Source: a virus (lineage: Duplodnaviria > Heunggongvirae > Uroviricota > Caudoviricetes). Taken from it: a DNA stretch of 45,246 bases. Of this stretch, positions 1-9,078 are shown one piece after another. The stretch is from the IMG/VR virus record IMGVR_UViG_2778261297_000003; one strand, given 5' to 3'. Both the position numbers and the translations under genes were made by a program. How positions within the stretch are numbered: position 1 is the stretch's first letter; each line of letters starts with the position of its first letter. The notes beneath the pieces were generated by a model, which was given only the letters and a program-made list of their open reading frames with translations, did no database searches and was not told the DNA's origin.

Positions 1-321
1 CTACATTACAGGCGATTTATCGTCTTTAACTTGGTTAAGTGTATGTGTAAGAACGCCGTGTACCGTTACGTCATTCAGAGCTTCCCCTTCTATCGCTTCA
101 CCATCTTCAGTGATCAGCGCGTGGCCCATTAGCTTCACGAACTGGTTTCTCCCGTCCATGCTAACCAGCAGCGTATCCCCTCCTTCTGGCTTCAGACTGA
201 CGTTAATAACGGCCCAGCCGCATGAAGTTTCAATAACCCGGCAGTTGTTATCTACACCGCAGATAACATCTATCGTCATGCGCTGCTCCTGGTAATCCAT
301 GGCTGGCGATGGAAATCCCAT
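1..321 (-). CDS. UmuD'-like protein (S24 LexA/UmuD fold, lacks N-terminal cleavable arm, probably non-catalytic)
   Basis: 106-aa ORF. N-terminus MGFPSPAMDYQEQR matches UmuD starting at the Cys24/Gly25 RecA-mediated cleavage site (UmuD sequence recalled from memory). The position of the GDSM serine nucleophile reads SCGW; a lysine in FVKL is retained. RBS GGGGAGGG lies 7 nt upstream of the ATG. Confidence 0.5.
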   Translation of the reverse strand: MGFPSPAMDYQEQRMTIDVICGVDNNCRVIETSCGWAVINVSLKPEGGDTLLVSMDGRNQFVKLMGHALITEDGEAIEGEALNDVTVHGVLTHTLNQVKDDKSPVM

Positions 322-407
322 TAGAAAACCCTCCCCATGTTTCGCAGGATCCAGTATCGATTCTCACTTCCGTTTGTCGTCTTATCGGCGAAGTCCGGCT
401 GGTACCG

Positions 408-563
408 CTAGATCCATGAATTTGCATCCGCCTGGCTGAAATGCCAGTGCCTCTCCTGCAGTTCAGCGATAAATTTGTCTGTATGCAGGCAGAGATAGCC
501 CTTCGGGTTTTGCTGTATGACCGCAACAAAAGCAGCACGAATATCCGGTTGACGAGGCATGTG
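408..563 (-). CDS. small hypothetical protein (51 aa), SOS-box proximal
   Basis: ATG at 561-563 preceded by a GAGGG RBS; the LexA-box-like palindrome lies about 25 bp upstream. The longer 78-aa track ORF is not supported upstream of this ATG. Confidence 0.4.
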   Translation of the reverse strand, partial: HMPRQPDIRAAFVAVIQQNPKGYLCLHTDKFIAELQERHWHFSQADANSWI

Positions 564-585
564 CGCACCCTCACTCGCTAATTGA

Positions 586-601
586 CTGTATACACATACA
601 G
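586..601. promoter_or_regulatory. LexA operator (SOS box) CTGTATACACATACAG
   Basis: Matches the CTGT-N8-ACAG consensus with an AT-rich spacer; sits between the divergent dinI-like gene and the 51-aa ORF. Confidence 0.65.
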
Positions 602-660
602 TAGTATTTTTATAAAAACAGATCAAGCACAGGCAATTTTTCACTAATGAGAGGATCGGT

Positions 661-927
661 ATGTTTGTTGAACTCGTTTATGACAAGCGTAATGTTGAGG
701 GGCTCGAGGGGGCCAGAGAGATCATACTGGCCGAGCTGACGAAGCGGGTGCACCAGATTTTCCCTGATGCCGAAGTGAAGGTGAAGCCGATGCAGGCGAA
801 CGGCTTGAATAGCGATGCCAGCAAAAGCGATCGTGAAAAACTGAACCACATGCTGGAGGAAATGTTTGAAGAATCCGATATGTGGTTGGTTTCTGAGTTC
901 CCGACTGTTCGCCAAGCCGGGCTGTAA
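661..927 (+). CDS. dinI: DinI-family DNA-damage-inducible protein
   Basis: 88-aa ORF MFVELVYDKRNVEGL...EEMFEESDMWLVSE, typical of prophage DinI homologues; LexA box about 60 bp upstream. Confidence 0.85.
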   Translation: MFVELVYDKRNVEGLEGAREIILAELTKRVHQIFPDAEVKVKPMQANGLNSDASKSDREKLNHMLEEMFEESDMWLVSEFPTVRQAGL

Positions 928-970
928 AATGGTTCAGGCTGCCAGCTTCAATATTCACTGGCGGCCTGCA

Positions 971-1531
971 TTATGTCTTACCACTACCTACCGGAAATTT
1001 TCGGTAGAGTGTTGAAACCCCTACGTCGTAAATTATTGCCACACGCTGGCGAGATTCCCCTGCTGAGATCAATCTCCCTGCCTGCGCCCATTGTTCATCC
1101 GTTAATTTGGGCCTGCGACCGCCGAACCGCCCTTTTGCTCGCGCAGCTGCTAAACCCGCCCGGGTGCGTTCAACAATGAGCTCTCTTTCCATTTCTGCCA
1201 AAGCCCCCATAACATGAAAGAAGAATCGGCCCATCGGCGTAGACGTGTCTATGCTGTCGGTCAGGCTGCGAAAATTAATGCCCCGCTCTCGCAGCTCCTC
1301 CACAAGAACGACAAGATGCCGCATGCTTCTACCGAGCCGATCGAGTTTCCAGACCACCAGCGTGTCTCCCTCCGACAAGATACGGAGTACCTTTTTGAGC
1401 CCCGGCCTCTCCGATGTCTTTCCGCTTATCTTATCTTCAAAAATCAGTTCACATTCTGCGCTATCGAGCGCATTTCTCTGTAATGCGGTGTTCTGGTCAT
1501 TTGTTGACACTCTCACGTAACCAATAAGCAT
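971..1531 (-). CDS. serine recombinase, DNA invertase (Hin/Gin/Pin/Cin family)
   Basis: 186 aa from MLIGYVRVSTNDQN (catalytic Ser motif) with a C-terminal HTH (VGVSTLYRKF); near-colinear with Hin/Gin. RBS AGGGG upstream of ATG at 1529-1531. Confidence 0.9.
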   Translation of the reverse strand: MLIGYVRVSTNDQNTALQRNALDSAECELIFEDKISGKTSERPGLKKVLRILSEGDTLVVWKLDRLGRSMRHLVVLVEELRERGINFRSLTDSIDTSTPMGRFFFHVMGALAEMERELIVERTRAGLAAARAKGRFGGRRPKLTDEQWAQAGRLISAGESRQRVAIIYDVGVSTLYRKFPVGSGKT

Positions 1532-1585
1532 TGTTTTATCCCCTGCAAAAAGCAGAAAGCATGCCACTAGTGAGCAGAATGGTCA

Positions 1586-1611
1586 TTATCAAAAACGTTG
1601 GTTTGGGAGAA
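1586..1611. repeat. inversion crossover site, left (hix/gix-like) TTATCAAAAACGTTGGTTTGGGAGAA
   Basis: 26-bp site resembling hix/gix half-sites, 55 bp upstream of the invertase start; an inverted copy lies inside the tail-fibre gene at 3431-3456. Confidence 0.7.
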
Positions 1612-1932
1612 GCGGCGAAAAGGAATGTGGGGACTGGGGCGAATCAGATACCAGACATGTCAGCTTATTCATCAGGATCTGGCTGGCAAAAATTGCCTGA
1701 TGGTTCAATTGAACAGTGGGGAAGAATTAATTTCCCGACTAACGCCGCGGCGGTATCTACAAATGTGACTTTCCCCATTCCTTTTACGCAGGAGCCAGAC
1801 GTAGTGATTGTATATGACGGCGGTTTTGGTGGTGGGAATATGTGGGGCGCAACTAACTGGACGCGAACAGGATTTGTTGCGCATTGTAACTATGGATTTG
1901 AAGGTGGAGCTTTCTTTGCGAAAGGGCGTTAA
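1612..1932 (+). CDS. alternative tail-fibre C-terminal cassette (currently promoterless/silent)
   Basis: Reading frame continues from the crossover site (..KNVGLGEAAK..) to a stop at 1932; would be fused to the constant fibre N-terminus after inversion. The track ORF start at 1531 is not a real start. Confidence 0.55.
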   Translation, partial: AAKRNVGTGANQIPDMSAYSSGSGWQKLPDGSIEQWGRINFPTNAAAVSTNVTFPIPFTQEPDVVIVYDGGFGGGNMWGATNWTRTGFVAHCNYGFEGGAFFAKGR

Positions 1933-1934
1933 TT

Positions 1935-2375
1935 ATGAAATATTTATATATTGATAATCTGGCGTACCCTTACGCCCTACAGTCTGTTTACGCTGCAAAA
2001 GGGCAATGGCCAGAAGGAAAAGGCGTAGACATAGACGAAGCTATTTTCAGGGAATATTTCCATGACACGCCGCCCGAAGGTAAGCGCAGAATTACCGCAG
2101 GCGACGGAATGCCAGCTTGGGCAGATGTTCCTCCACCAACACGTGAAGAACAAATTGCATCAGCCGAAACTAAAAAGCAGCAATTGATTAACCAGGCCAA
2201 CGAATACATAAACAGTAAACAATGGCCAGGTAAAGCATCAATTGGTCGTCTGAAAGGTGAGGAACTGGCGCAATATAATTTGTGGCTGGATTATCTGGAC
2301 GCACTGGAACTGGTCGATACTTCCGGTGCGCCAGATATTGAATGGTCTACGCCTCCGGCAGTTCAGGCCAGATGA
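1935..2375 (+). CDS. tail fibre assembly protein (alternative copy, Tfa')
   Basis: 146 aa; C-terminal motif YNLWLDYLDALELVDTSGAPDIEW parallels the other Tfa (LNAVLDYIDAVTATDTSTAPDVIW). Confidence 0.75.
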   Translation: MKYLYIDNLAYPYALQSVYAAKGQWPEGKGVDIDEAIFREYFHDTPPEGKRRITAGDGMPAWADVPPPTREEQIASAETKKQQLINQANEYINSKQWPGKASIGRLKGEELAQYNLWLDYLDALELVDTSGAPDIEWSTPPAVQAR

Positions 2376-2949
2376 CGTCCGGCGCTGTGCTGGTATCTGT
2401 TGCCGTCACCGCGTCAATGTAATCCAGCACAGCGTTAAGTCGGGTGTTTTCTGGCTGCGTCAGCTTCCGCCCGGCCTGTAATTTCAGTTGAATCAGACTG
2501 ATGGAAGCCATTGCTGCATTAATCAGTGACTGGCGCTGTGCTTCTGCCGCGTCTAGTGCGGCGCTATGCTGTGCCTCGGTATCCGTCACCCATTTCTCAC
2601 CATCCCATTTATCGTATGGCGTTAATGGGGCGATAGTGGTTGTATTTTCAGGGTAATCACCCGGAACTGTGATTTCTTTGGTATCTCCCGTTTCGGTACT
2701 ATAGACAACTTCACCGCGATGGTCTGGCACATATTCCCATGAATTTAAATCTACAGAGCGACAGATTGCATAACCAGCTTTATGTGTACCTGGTGCATCC
2801 AGACAGGAACATGCCGGGATACCGACGCCGACAGCGAGATATTCAGTTGATGTAGAAATATATTCCCGCGTTTCGCCATCATAGTTATGTACGATGATTT
2901 CCCCATCATTTAAAGCGTAACCGTCTTTTCCCAAAATAGCCTGTTCCAT
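2347..2949 (-). CDS. tail fibre assembly protein (Tfa, active orientation)
   Basis: 200-aa ORF directly downstream of the fibre gene with the conserved Tfa C-terminal motif. Confidence 0.8.
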   Translation of the reverse strand: MEQAILGKDGYALNDGEIIVHNYDGETREYISTSTEYLAVGVGIPACSCLDAPGTHKAGYAICRSVDLNSWEYVPDHRGEVVYSTETGDTKEITVPGDYPENTTTIAPLTPYDKWDGEKWVTDTEAQHSAALDAAEAQRQSLINAAMASISLIQLKLQAGRKLTQPENTRLNAVLDYIDAVTATDTSTAPDVIWPELPEA

Positions 2950-3729
2950 TTATGCAGCCCTCACAATGTAGTTAAATGCAATGTTTCGCGGGCTACCATC
3001 ACCGGCGCCGGAACTGACATGATTGGTTCTATCCATTCGTTTACTGTCATTTGTTGTTCCACTCCCATCCTTCCACGAATACAATAACCCGCCATCGCCA
3101 ATGCTCAACTGCACCGCAAATACGGATGAACCGGATGAATAAACATCTCCAGCCATGAGTGGGTTCCCTGTCCATCCATGCATTTCATGGTTATGTTCAA
3201 GGATAGATGCTGCCTGACTTGAAAGCAGCAGTCTCGCGGAATCAACACCTCGCCCATCATCCCACCCGCGAATAAACTCACCGCGCAAATCCGGTAATTT
3301 TAACTTTGGGTAAGCCTTTGCCAGTTTTGGGTACTCTTCGGCAGAAAAAGGTGCACCGTTGCATTTCAGCCAGCCTGTTGGTGGTGTGGCTGAAGGCCAC
3401 GGAACAGGCACACCAACGGGTAACGCTGAGCCTTCTCCCAAACCAAGGTTTGTGAGAGCCGTAGAAATCGCCGCTGCACCATCTGATTTGATATCGGCAA
3501 ATGGGTTTGCACGGCTCAGTGTGAGTTTTTGAATGGCTTTTAAAACCTGAGTCATATCGTTAATGTCGAGCGCCAATCCTGCTGACTCTACGATATGCGC
3601 TAACTCTTCCTGCATGGCATTAAACGCTGCTGCCCGCAGCCTCGTTGCGGCAATACCACCAGCAACACTTCCATCAGTATATTTGCCATCCTGCGTTGCA
3701 GTGGCTTCGACTTGCCCGATTCGGAGCAT
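2950..3729 (-). CDS. tail fibre protein (constant N-terminus plus invertible C-terminus)
   Basis: 259-aa ORF; the crossover site lies about 93 codons in; GAGGAT RBS upstream of the ATG at 3727-3729. Confidence 0.8.
   Translation of the reverse strand: MLRIGQVEATATQDGKYTDGSVAGGIAATRLRAAAFNAMQEELAHIVESAGLALDINDMTQVLKAIQKLTLSRANPFADIKSDGAAAISTALTNLGLGEGSALPVGVPVPWPSATPPTGWLKCNGAPFSAEEYPKLAKAYPKLKLPDLRGEFIRGWDDGRGVDSARLLLSSQAASILEHNHEMHGWTGNPLMAGDVYSSGSSVFAVQLSIGDGGLLYSWKDGSGTTNDSKRMDRTNHVSSGAGDGSPRNIAFNYIVRAA
3431..3456. repeat. inversion crossover site, right (inverted copy)
   Basis: Reverse complement CTCACAAACCTTGGTTTGGGAGAAGG shares the 19-bp core AAC(N)TTGGTTTGGGAGAAG with the left site; located at the constant/variable junction of the tail-fibre ORF (encodes ...NLGLGEG...). 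Confidence 0.7.
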
Positions 3730-3780
3730 AGTTAATCCTCACTTAGTGTTAAGCGATAAAATCAGAGGGGGAAATATCAG

Positions 3781-4374
3781 TTATGAATAATTGAAAATGA
3801 TGTTCAGATGGGATGGGGCAATTTTGTTGATTGAACACTCCAGTTGTTTATTGCCCCACGATGCGAGCGGATCTCCGCAGTAGGACGCGCCAGCAAGCGA
3901 ATACTTGATCGTTGTTTGTGGCGCATTTATCCGCCAGGTAAATGGCCACTCGTCACCGTTAAGCGCATCACCGCATACTGACATGCCACTCATAGCGGGC
4001 CGGAACTGTGTGATAGTGATGGTATAACCAAGAGCTGCAGCCACCCGGATGTAATAATCGCGGTTCAGGCCGCCGGTGCTGATTAACTTTGCCACCACGG
4101 CGCGCTGGCGATCGCTGACGCCACCGGATTCACCAATCGCACAATCATCTGGTAACCCCAGAGAGCTTTCCCATTCTGACAACATTACCGTCGCTGTAGG
4201 GGGAAAAGCACCAGTAATCAGGCTTTGCGCATCGTTGTCAGAACGCTGAAACGCGCTGCCCAGTGCCCGTAATACCGCAGCCTGTACCGTTTTTTGCGAT
4301 CTGGGCCACGCCCTGCCCGTCGGCAGCAACGCGCCAAGCGCACCGGCATAATCATTTTTTGAAAAGAGGCTCAT
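3781..4374 (-). CDS. tail protein (Mu gp48-like, DUF2313-type)
   Basis: 197-aa ORF in the Mu-like order between baseplate J-like protein and tail fibre. Confidence 0.65.
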   Translation of the reverse strand: MSLFSKNDYAGALGALLPTGRAWPRSQKTVQAAVLRALGSAFQRSDNDAQSLITGAFPPTATVMLSEWESSLGLPDDCAIGESGGVSDRQRAVVAKLISTGGLNRDYYIRVAAALGYTITITQFRPAMSGMSVCGDALNGDEWPFTWRINAPQTTIKYSLAGASYCGDPLASWGNKQLECSINKIAPSHLNIIFNYS

Positions 4375-5513
4375 ACAAAATTCACCCCGCCAAGCACCGG
4401 AATTTCGCCAACAGCAAAGGTGATATTGGCCATCGGAGAGTTAAGGATATAGCCCGTCGTGCCACTAACACCGCCGATACTCCCGTTAATATCAGAGAGG
4501 TAAACTTTCCCGGAACCATCAGGGTTAGCCTCATCAAAAAACAGCGCCGTCAGCGCGTCTTTTATACCCTGAACTGTGGTGCTGTCGGCATTTTTGATAC
4601 CAGAGATTTCAATATTGATGACTTTCTTGATCGGGGAACATACGAAAACAATGGCAGTGTCTGTCTGCTGCGGATAGATGTGGTCGGCGACAGCGAGCTG
4701 GTCTCCGGTGGCTTTAACAGCCCCCCAGTCCTCAAGTTGGGATATTCCATCGGTACCGACCGGAAACCCACCATTGACATTCCGATCACACATGATATAC
4801 ACGCCAACGGTCCCGGCCCCGTTCAGACGCCGCTTTACCCACGCGCGGGTGACGCCCGAAACCTCAAGCGCCCATTTTTTATAATCGGCGTCGCTTCCAC
4901 CCTGAGGCGGATTCTGCCATGCCAGCAAGCCACGACTGCGAAAGTCCTCTTCCGTTTCAATATCGGCTCCGCCGGTCGCAGCGGACAGTAACGTTACCTG
5001 TGGATCCACGCCAGCAATATTCGCGTCCAGGGTCATTATGGTCCCGGCATCAGCGTTACCGCGCGCGCCTCCACCCGTTACATCACTGGTAATATCCGGC
5101 AGGATGGCCGTCACCGCGACGATACCAAATCCATCTGCCTGAATTTTAAGATCTGCATCCGTCCGGTACTGGTATCCGTCCCCGCGGTTAATGATCGAGC
5201 CAACAGGGATAATACTGTCAACACTGCCACTAGCCTGTACCGCAGGCGACTTCGCCGCTGCAGCTGGTTTTCTGAATACCTGCTTAAGGGCCATCCACCC
5301 GGCGAGATACTCATCGGTAGAGGTAAACGGGTTTGTCTGCAGGGCAATATAGTCAAGGTAGGCGTAATGCAGATGCCCCATCCCCGCATCCATGTCAGCC
5401 AGTACCTTCAGGTTCGCGAAGCGCAGGAGCGCACCAACATCCTCAAGCTCCGCCTGCATAAATTTCCGGTTTCCGTCGCGGAGTTCGCTCAGCGTCGGTC
5501 GTTTAAACGGCAT
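4371..5513 (-). CDS. baseplate J-like protein (Mu gp47-like)
   Basis: About 380 aa from MPFKRPTLSEL; size and position match baseplate J family; start chosen to abut the upstream gene stop at 5515. Confidence 0.75.
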   Translation of the reverse strand: MPFKRPTLSELRDGNRKFMQAELEDVGALLRFANLKVLADMDAGMGHLHYAYLDYIALQTNPFTSTDEYLAGWMALKQVFRKPAAAAKSPAVQASGSVDSIIPVGSIINRGDGYQYRTDADLKIQADGFGIVAVTAILPDITSDVTGGGARGNADAGTIMTLDANIAGVDPQVTLLSAATGGADIETEEDFRSRGLLAWQNPPQGGSDADYKKWALEVSGVTRAWVKRRLNGAGTVGVYIMCDRNVNGGFPVGTDGISQLEDWGAVKATGDQLAVADHIYPQQTDTAIVFVCSPIKKVINIEISGIKNADSTTVQGIKDALTALFFDEANPDGSGKVYLSDINGSIGGVSGTTGYILNSPMANITFAVGEIPVLGGVNFV

Positions 5514-5514
5514 A

Positions 5515-5952
5515 TTAACGTTGCTCCCATATCCAGTAAAACCTGAATTCCTGCCAGTCCTTCCCCGGTGCCTGATAGCGGATAATGAGATTGAGCCGGT
5601 CAGGCAGGACGATCCTGGCAACAGGAATAACCTCGCTGACAACGCCATCAACCTTTAACCAGTTGAGCGCTTCACTCGAGTATTCCTCCGCTTTTTTTGC
5701 TACATCCGGGGTCAGTTTTTTCCGCCGTAGCAGCCACAACCGGGATCCCAGTTGGGATTCCTCCCCAGAATCCCCCCACCAGCCGCGGCGATCGCTATCC
5801 TCATAATCATCGTCAGCGCGCGCCAGCCTGTCAGTAAACAGGCTGTCCAGTATTGCAGTCTGTAAATCGTTCCCCGTGGTGAGTTCGCCCAGCCCTTTCT
5901 GCCAGTCAGCAAACATCTCATCCACATTCCAGAATGAAGCGATGTCACTCAT
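5515..5952 (-). CDS. baseplate protein (Mu gp46-like)
   Basis: 145-aa ORF in conserved Mu-like tail gene order. Confidence 0.65.
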   Translation of the reverse strand: MSDIASFWNVDEMFADWQKGLGELTTGNDLQTAILDSLFTDRLARADDDYEDSDRRGWWGDSGEESQLGSRLWLLRRKKLTPDVAKKAEEYSSEALNWLKVDGVVSEVIPVARIVLPDRLNLIIRYQAPGKDWQEFRFYWIWEQR

Positions 5953-6533
5953 GTCACCTGATCCTCTGTTTTTTGGCTGCGGATATTGTCATTGCCACTC
6001 TGGGCATTTTTAACCACATGATCATGGTCATTATGTGCATCCCGCAGCTCTTTCAGTGTTCGGGTATTGGTTTCACAGTTATCAACAATGTCACCCGTGC
6101 ACCTCAGGATCGGGGTATTTGCAAGAATCCCCTGGCTGGCATTGATGGTCACGTTAGTGGCGTTATTGACCTCAACATTCTGGCCCTTTGCATCCAGGAA
6201 GATCCCCTTCTCCGTCAGGAGAATATTAAGACCCCACTGGTTATACATGACCGTTTCGCCCGCTTTCAGGCCTGTATGACGGAACCCCTGATGGTTGGAC
6301 GCAATTACCACCGCGCTGGAACGATCACCGCCAATAAAAGCCAGAACCACGTCAGTCCCTGACGGCAGGCCGGATGAAAAACCAAATTCAGCCATCCGCG
6401 GTGCGCTGGCCACCTCCAGCGGAGTCTGGTACTGGATTGACTGCACCACCCCACCATCTTTCATAGCCGTGATCCGGCCAATCCCCAGCATGCCGGCGAT
6501 CCTGGTCGCTGCATGTTTAAATAGTTGCTTCAT
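5949..6533 (-). CDS. baseplate assembly protein V / spike (Mu gp45-like)
   Basis: 194-aa ORF, position and size consistent with gpV-like baseplate spike. Confidence 0.7.
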   Translation of the reverse strand: MKQLFKHAATRIAGMLGIGRITAMKDGGVVQSIQYQTPLEVASAPRMAEFGFSSGLPSGTDVVLAFIGGDRSSAVVIASNHQGFRHTGLKAGETVMYNQWGLNILLTEKGIFLDAKGQNVEVNNATNVTINASQGILANTPILRCTGDIVDNCETNTRTLKELRDAHNDHDHVVKNAQSGNDNIRSQKTEDQVT

Positions 6534-7615
6534 GTATTGAATCCCGCCAGGTTCTGGTAGAAGGCATATGGCTGAACGGCGAATGCTTCAGGCGGCATCA
6601 GCGTCATGCGTGCATGGGTGCCGTAGTCATCGCGCATATAGGTGACTTCTGCCAGTAGCAATTCAGTCTCCGGCAACCGTAAGGTGGGAAGATCAACGGG
6701 GATCAATGTGTTTGGTTCCCACAGTTTCCCGTCTTTATCCCGCCAGGAATCGATGGTTACCGAGAGCTGTTTTGAACGTCCGTACCGCCGGTTCATTTCC
6801 CAGTCGATCGCACTTTGTGCCTGTTGAGTAGCCATCAGGGTACTTTCCACAATCGATATATGTTTTCGGTACCGCATACGGGCGGCCTCCGGATCTCTCG
6901 CCGTTGCCAGAGTCACAGCGTCATAGGCCGTATCAGGCGAATACCCTGCAATTGGAGAAACGCTCATTGATACACCGACATAATCTGAAAACCTGTCAGC
7001 CATCGATTTGCGGTAGTATGCCTGCTCGACATTTACCCCTTCGGCTATCCCACTCGCCGCACGACGTGTTCCCACCCGGGTCAGTAACAGGTTTCCATCG
7101 GGCTGATCGTAGTAAAGCAGAGCAGACCATCTGGCCACCCGATCGATGACTTCTTGCGGAGACTCACCCCAGTTCAGAGTGAACTGGGGTACCTTCACAA
7201 GTTCATCAACATCCGTGGTTACGGTGATGCCGTAGTAGGATGCCAGGCGAGAAGCAATTTCAAGTGCATTACTGGCATTAATGACGTTGTTAGGCCACTC
7301 AGCTGAGCAATCCACCAGGTCCTGACATTTGCTCCTGCCCGTGGCGCGGACCTCATGGCGGGAGCGCGATAGTGCGGGTTCCCAGTCATCAACATATCCC
7401 GTCAGTGTCAGATCATCTCCGATACGAACTTCACAAGACATTCCCTCTTCAACGAGTTGACGATCTTCGTTGCCAGGGAAGTAATCCATTAGCCCAAGAT
7501 CGAAATCAGAGGGAAAACGCTCAATACCCCGCGTTACCCGGACAGAATCCCACCCCTCGATGATTTTGCCGTCGACCGTCAAAGAAACAACATCCAGATC
7601 GCTGTCTGCATTCAT
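6530..7615 (-). CDS. tail protein (Mu P / gp44-like, baseplate hub)
   Basis: 361-aa ORF downstream of the DNA circularization-like gene, Mu-like order. Confidence 0.7.
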   Translation of the reverse strand: MNADSDLDVVSLTVDGKIIEGWDSVRVTRGIERFPSDFDLGLMDYFPGNEDRQLVEEGMSCEVRIGDDLTLTGYVDDWEPALSRSRHEVRATGRSKCQDLVDCSAEWPNNVINASNALEIASRLASYYGITVTTDVDELVKVPQFTLNWGESPQEVIDRVARWSALLYYDQPDGNLLLTRVGTRRAASGIAEGVNVEQAYYRKSMADRFSDYVGVSMSVSPIAGYSPDTAYDAVTLATARDPEAARMRYRKHISIVESTLMATQQAQSAIDWEMNRRYGRSKQLSVTIDSWRDKDGKLWEPNTLIPVDLPTLRLPETELLLAEVTYMRDDYGTHARMTLMPPEAFAVQPYAFYQNLAGFNT

Positions 7616-9018
7616 TGCCTCAGTACCTTCATGGTTGTCGGCATAAACGCCGGATGCGGTACGCGCGCTTCCTGTACCAGTTCATCTGCACGGGTGGCAT
7701 CCTGGTATAATCGGTTTGCCAGCGTCAGCGCCGGAAGCGGCTGAGCGGTAGTAACCTGCAGAAGCTCGCTCAGACCAGAAGCACGCTCACTCATCGTAGA
7801 AAGGAATGCCGATCTGACGGCGAGAAGCGCGTTATACATATCATCGTCCGCGCGGTCTCCAGCCAGAACCAGCGCCGTATCAAGTTGCACAGAAACTCGT
7901 TGAGTTAACTCTTCTGCCTCGTCTGTACTGGCTGGTCTGGAGTCCGCAGCGGCACTGGTCATGGCACCAGTACATAGCACAACAATCAGCGTGTTCATGG
8001 TCGCCGAAATCGCTTTGCTGCTGTCGGACTGCTGGTACTCCGTGCTGATTGAATTAGCCAGTTTTTCCAGCGCTGTGATTCGGTCATTAACGCTGCCGGC
8101 GCTGTTAAGAATTGCGTTTACCACGTCGGCGACGCCCTGGACAAACTCATCAGGTGTGTTGGAGCTGCTAAGCTGGCTCGACCTGTCGGTAACATTTTTC
8201 CGGTCCATTACCGACTGGGCTGTTACCTTGTCAGCCAGTGCTCTCTCATCATCCACATCAGCAACTGACGATTTGCCAGCAACAGCAGAGGAACTACCGC
8301 CCACAGAGCCTTTACTGTAACGTCCGTACCGGGTATTCCCGAACGTGGAGTTCAGGACATTGCTGAGATTCGTGACCTGACTGATGGTGCTGTCAACCAT
8401 GTTAGTCCAGAACGTGACCGTGCCTCTGATGGTGTTTATAGCCTGTGTGACACCGCGGATTTCACTCTTAACCCTGGCAATCGTGCTCAGCACAGCAGTG
8501 CTGACCAGTTTCAGATAGTTGGTTTTCACCGTGGCGCCTGCAACGGTACTGCCCGTGACAGCAAACACTTTAAGCCCTGATTCAATTGCCATCAGGGTAA
8601 ATTCAAATACTCGCCCGTTCTCCATCGAACCGGAAATACGCAAACCATTCTCAGGGATGGAAACCGTTAATTCGCCCAGTGTCGGATGGACAAGCGTACC
8701 GCTACCTTTTTGTTCACAGGCTTCAATCAGTGACTGGCGCTGCGTGATAGCATCGCCGCCGCCGTAAACCTGGCTGTTCTGGATCAAGAAACCGCGAATA
8801 ACAAATCGCCGTGTTGCCCGCCCGATATCCTCTATCCAGGCTGTATCACGGTAGGGATATTCATGTACCGCCTGGCGTCGGCCGTGGCTCCCTTCCTCAG
8901 CAACAATTGCAAATGGCACACCTCTGAATGAGCTGGGCCGTAACTGCCCCTGCCAGTCATCGCTGGTATCTCCCCCCAAAAGAGAAGTTATTGCGTCCTG
9001 GATAATTGACGGCATCAC
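7612..9018 (-). CDS. DNA circularization protein N-like (Mu gp43-like)
   Basis: 468-aa ORF following the tape measure gene in the Mu-like tail order; GGAGG RBS. Confidence 0.7.
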   Translation of the reverse strand: MMPSIIQDAITSLLGGDTSDDWQGQLRPSSFRGVPFAIVAEEGSHGRRQAVHEYPYRDTAWIEDIGRATRRFVIRGFLIQNSQVYGGGDAITQRQSLIEACEQKGSGTLVHPTLGELTVSIPENGLRISGSMENGRVFEFTLMAIESGLKVFAVTGSTVAGATVKTNYLKLVSTAVLSTIARVKSEIRGVTQAINTIRGTVTFWTNMVDSTISQVTNLSNVLNSTFGNTRYGRYSKGSVGGSSSAVAGKSSVADVDDERALADKVTAQSVMDRKNVTDRSSQLSSSNTPDEFVQGVADVVNAILNSAGSVNDRITALEKLANSISTEYQQSDSSKAISATMNTLIVVLCTGAMTSAAADSRPASTDEAEELTQRVSVQLDTALVLAGDRADDDMYNALLAVRSAFLSTMSERASGLSELLQVTTAQPLPALTLANRLYQDATRADELVQEARVPHPAFMPTTMKVLRQ

Positions 9019-9027
9019 GCCTCCGGA

Positions 9028-9054
9028 AATAAAAAAACCGCCATGTCGGCGGTT
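9028..9054 (-). terminator. rho-independent terminator-like hairpin
   Basis: Minus strand reads ACCGCC-GACAT-GGCGGT followed by TTTTTTTATTT; sits immediately upstream of the N-like gene RBS. Confidence 0.5.
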
Positions 9055-9078
9055 TACATATGCACTGAAATGACTTAT

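Larger units (their letters stand above)
1586..3456. other. invertible tail-fibre segment (Mu G-segment-like, about 1.85 kb)
   Basis: Bounded by the inverted crossover sites; contains convergent alternative fibre C-terminus plus Tfa on the plus strand and the active fibre C-terminus plus Tfa on the minus strand. Confidence 0.7.

Noticed and set aside
564-644. N-terminal extension of the 78-aa track ORF 408-644
   Set aside because: It would run through the LexA box and lacks an RBS; the internal ATG at 561-563 with GAGGG RBS is preferred.
938-966. Hairpin between the convergent dinI-like and invertase genes as a terminator
   Set aside because: Imperfect stem (GGCTGCCAG / CTGGCGGCC) with no U-tract on either strand; too weak to call.
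1531-1611. N-terminal 27 codons of the track ORF 1531-1932
   Set aside because: This part overlaps the invertase start and crossover site; the coding segment is the promoterless cassette that starts at the crossover site.
4263-4991. 242-aa plus-strand ORF
   Set aside because: Lies entirely antisense within the baseplate J-like gene; no RBS and an Arg/Pro-rich composition typical of shadow ORFs.
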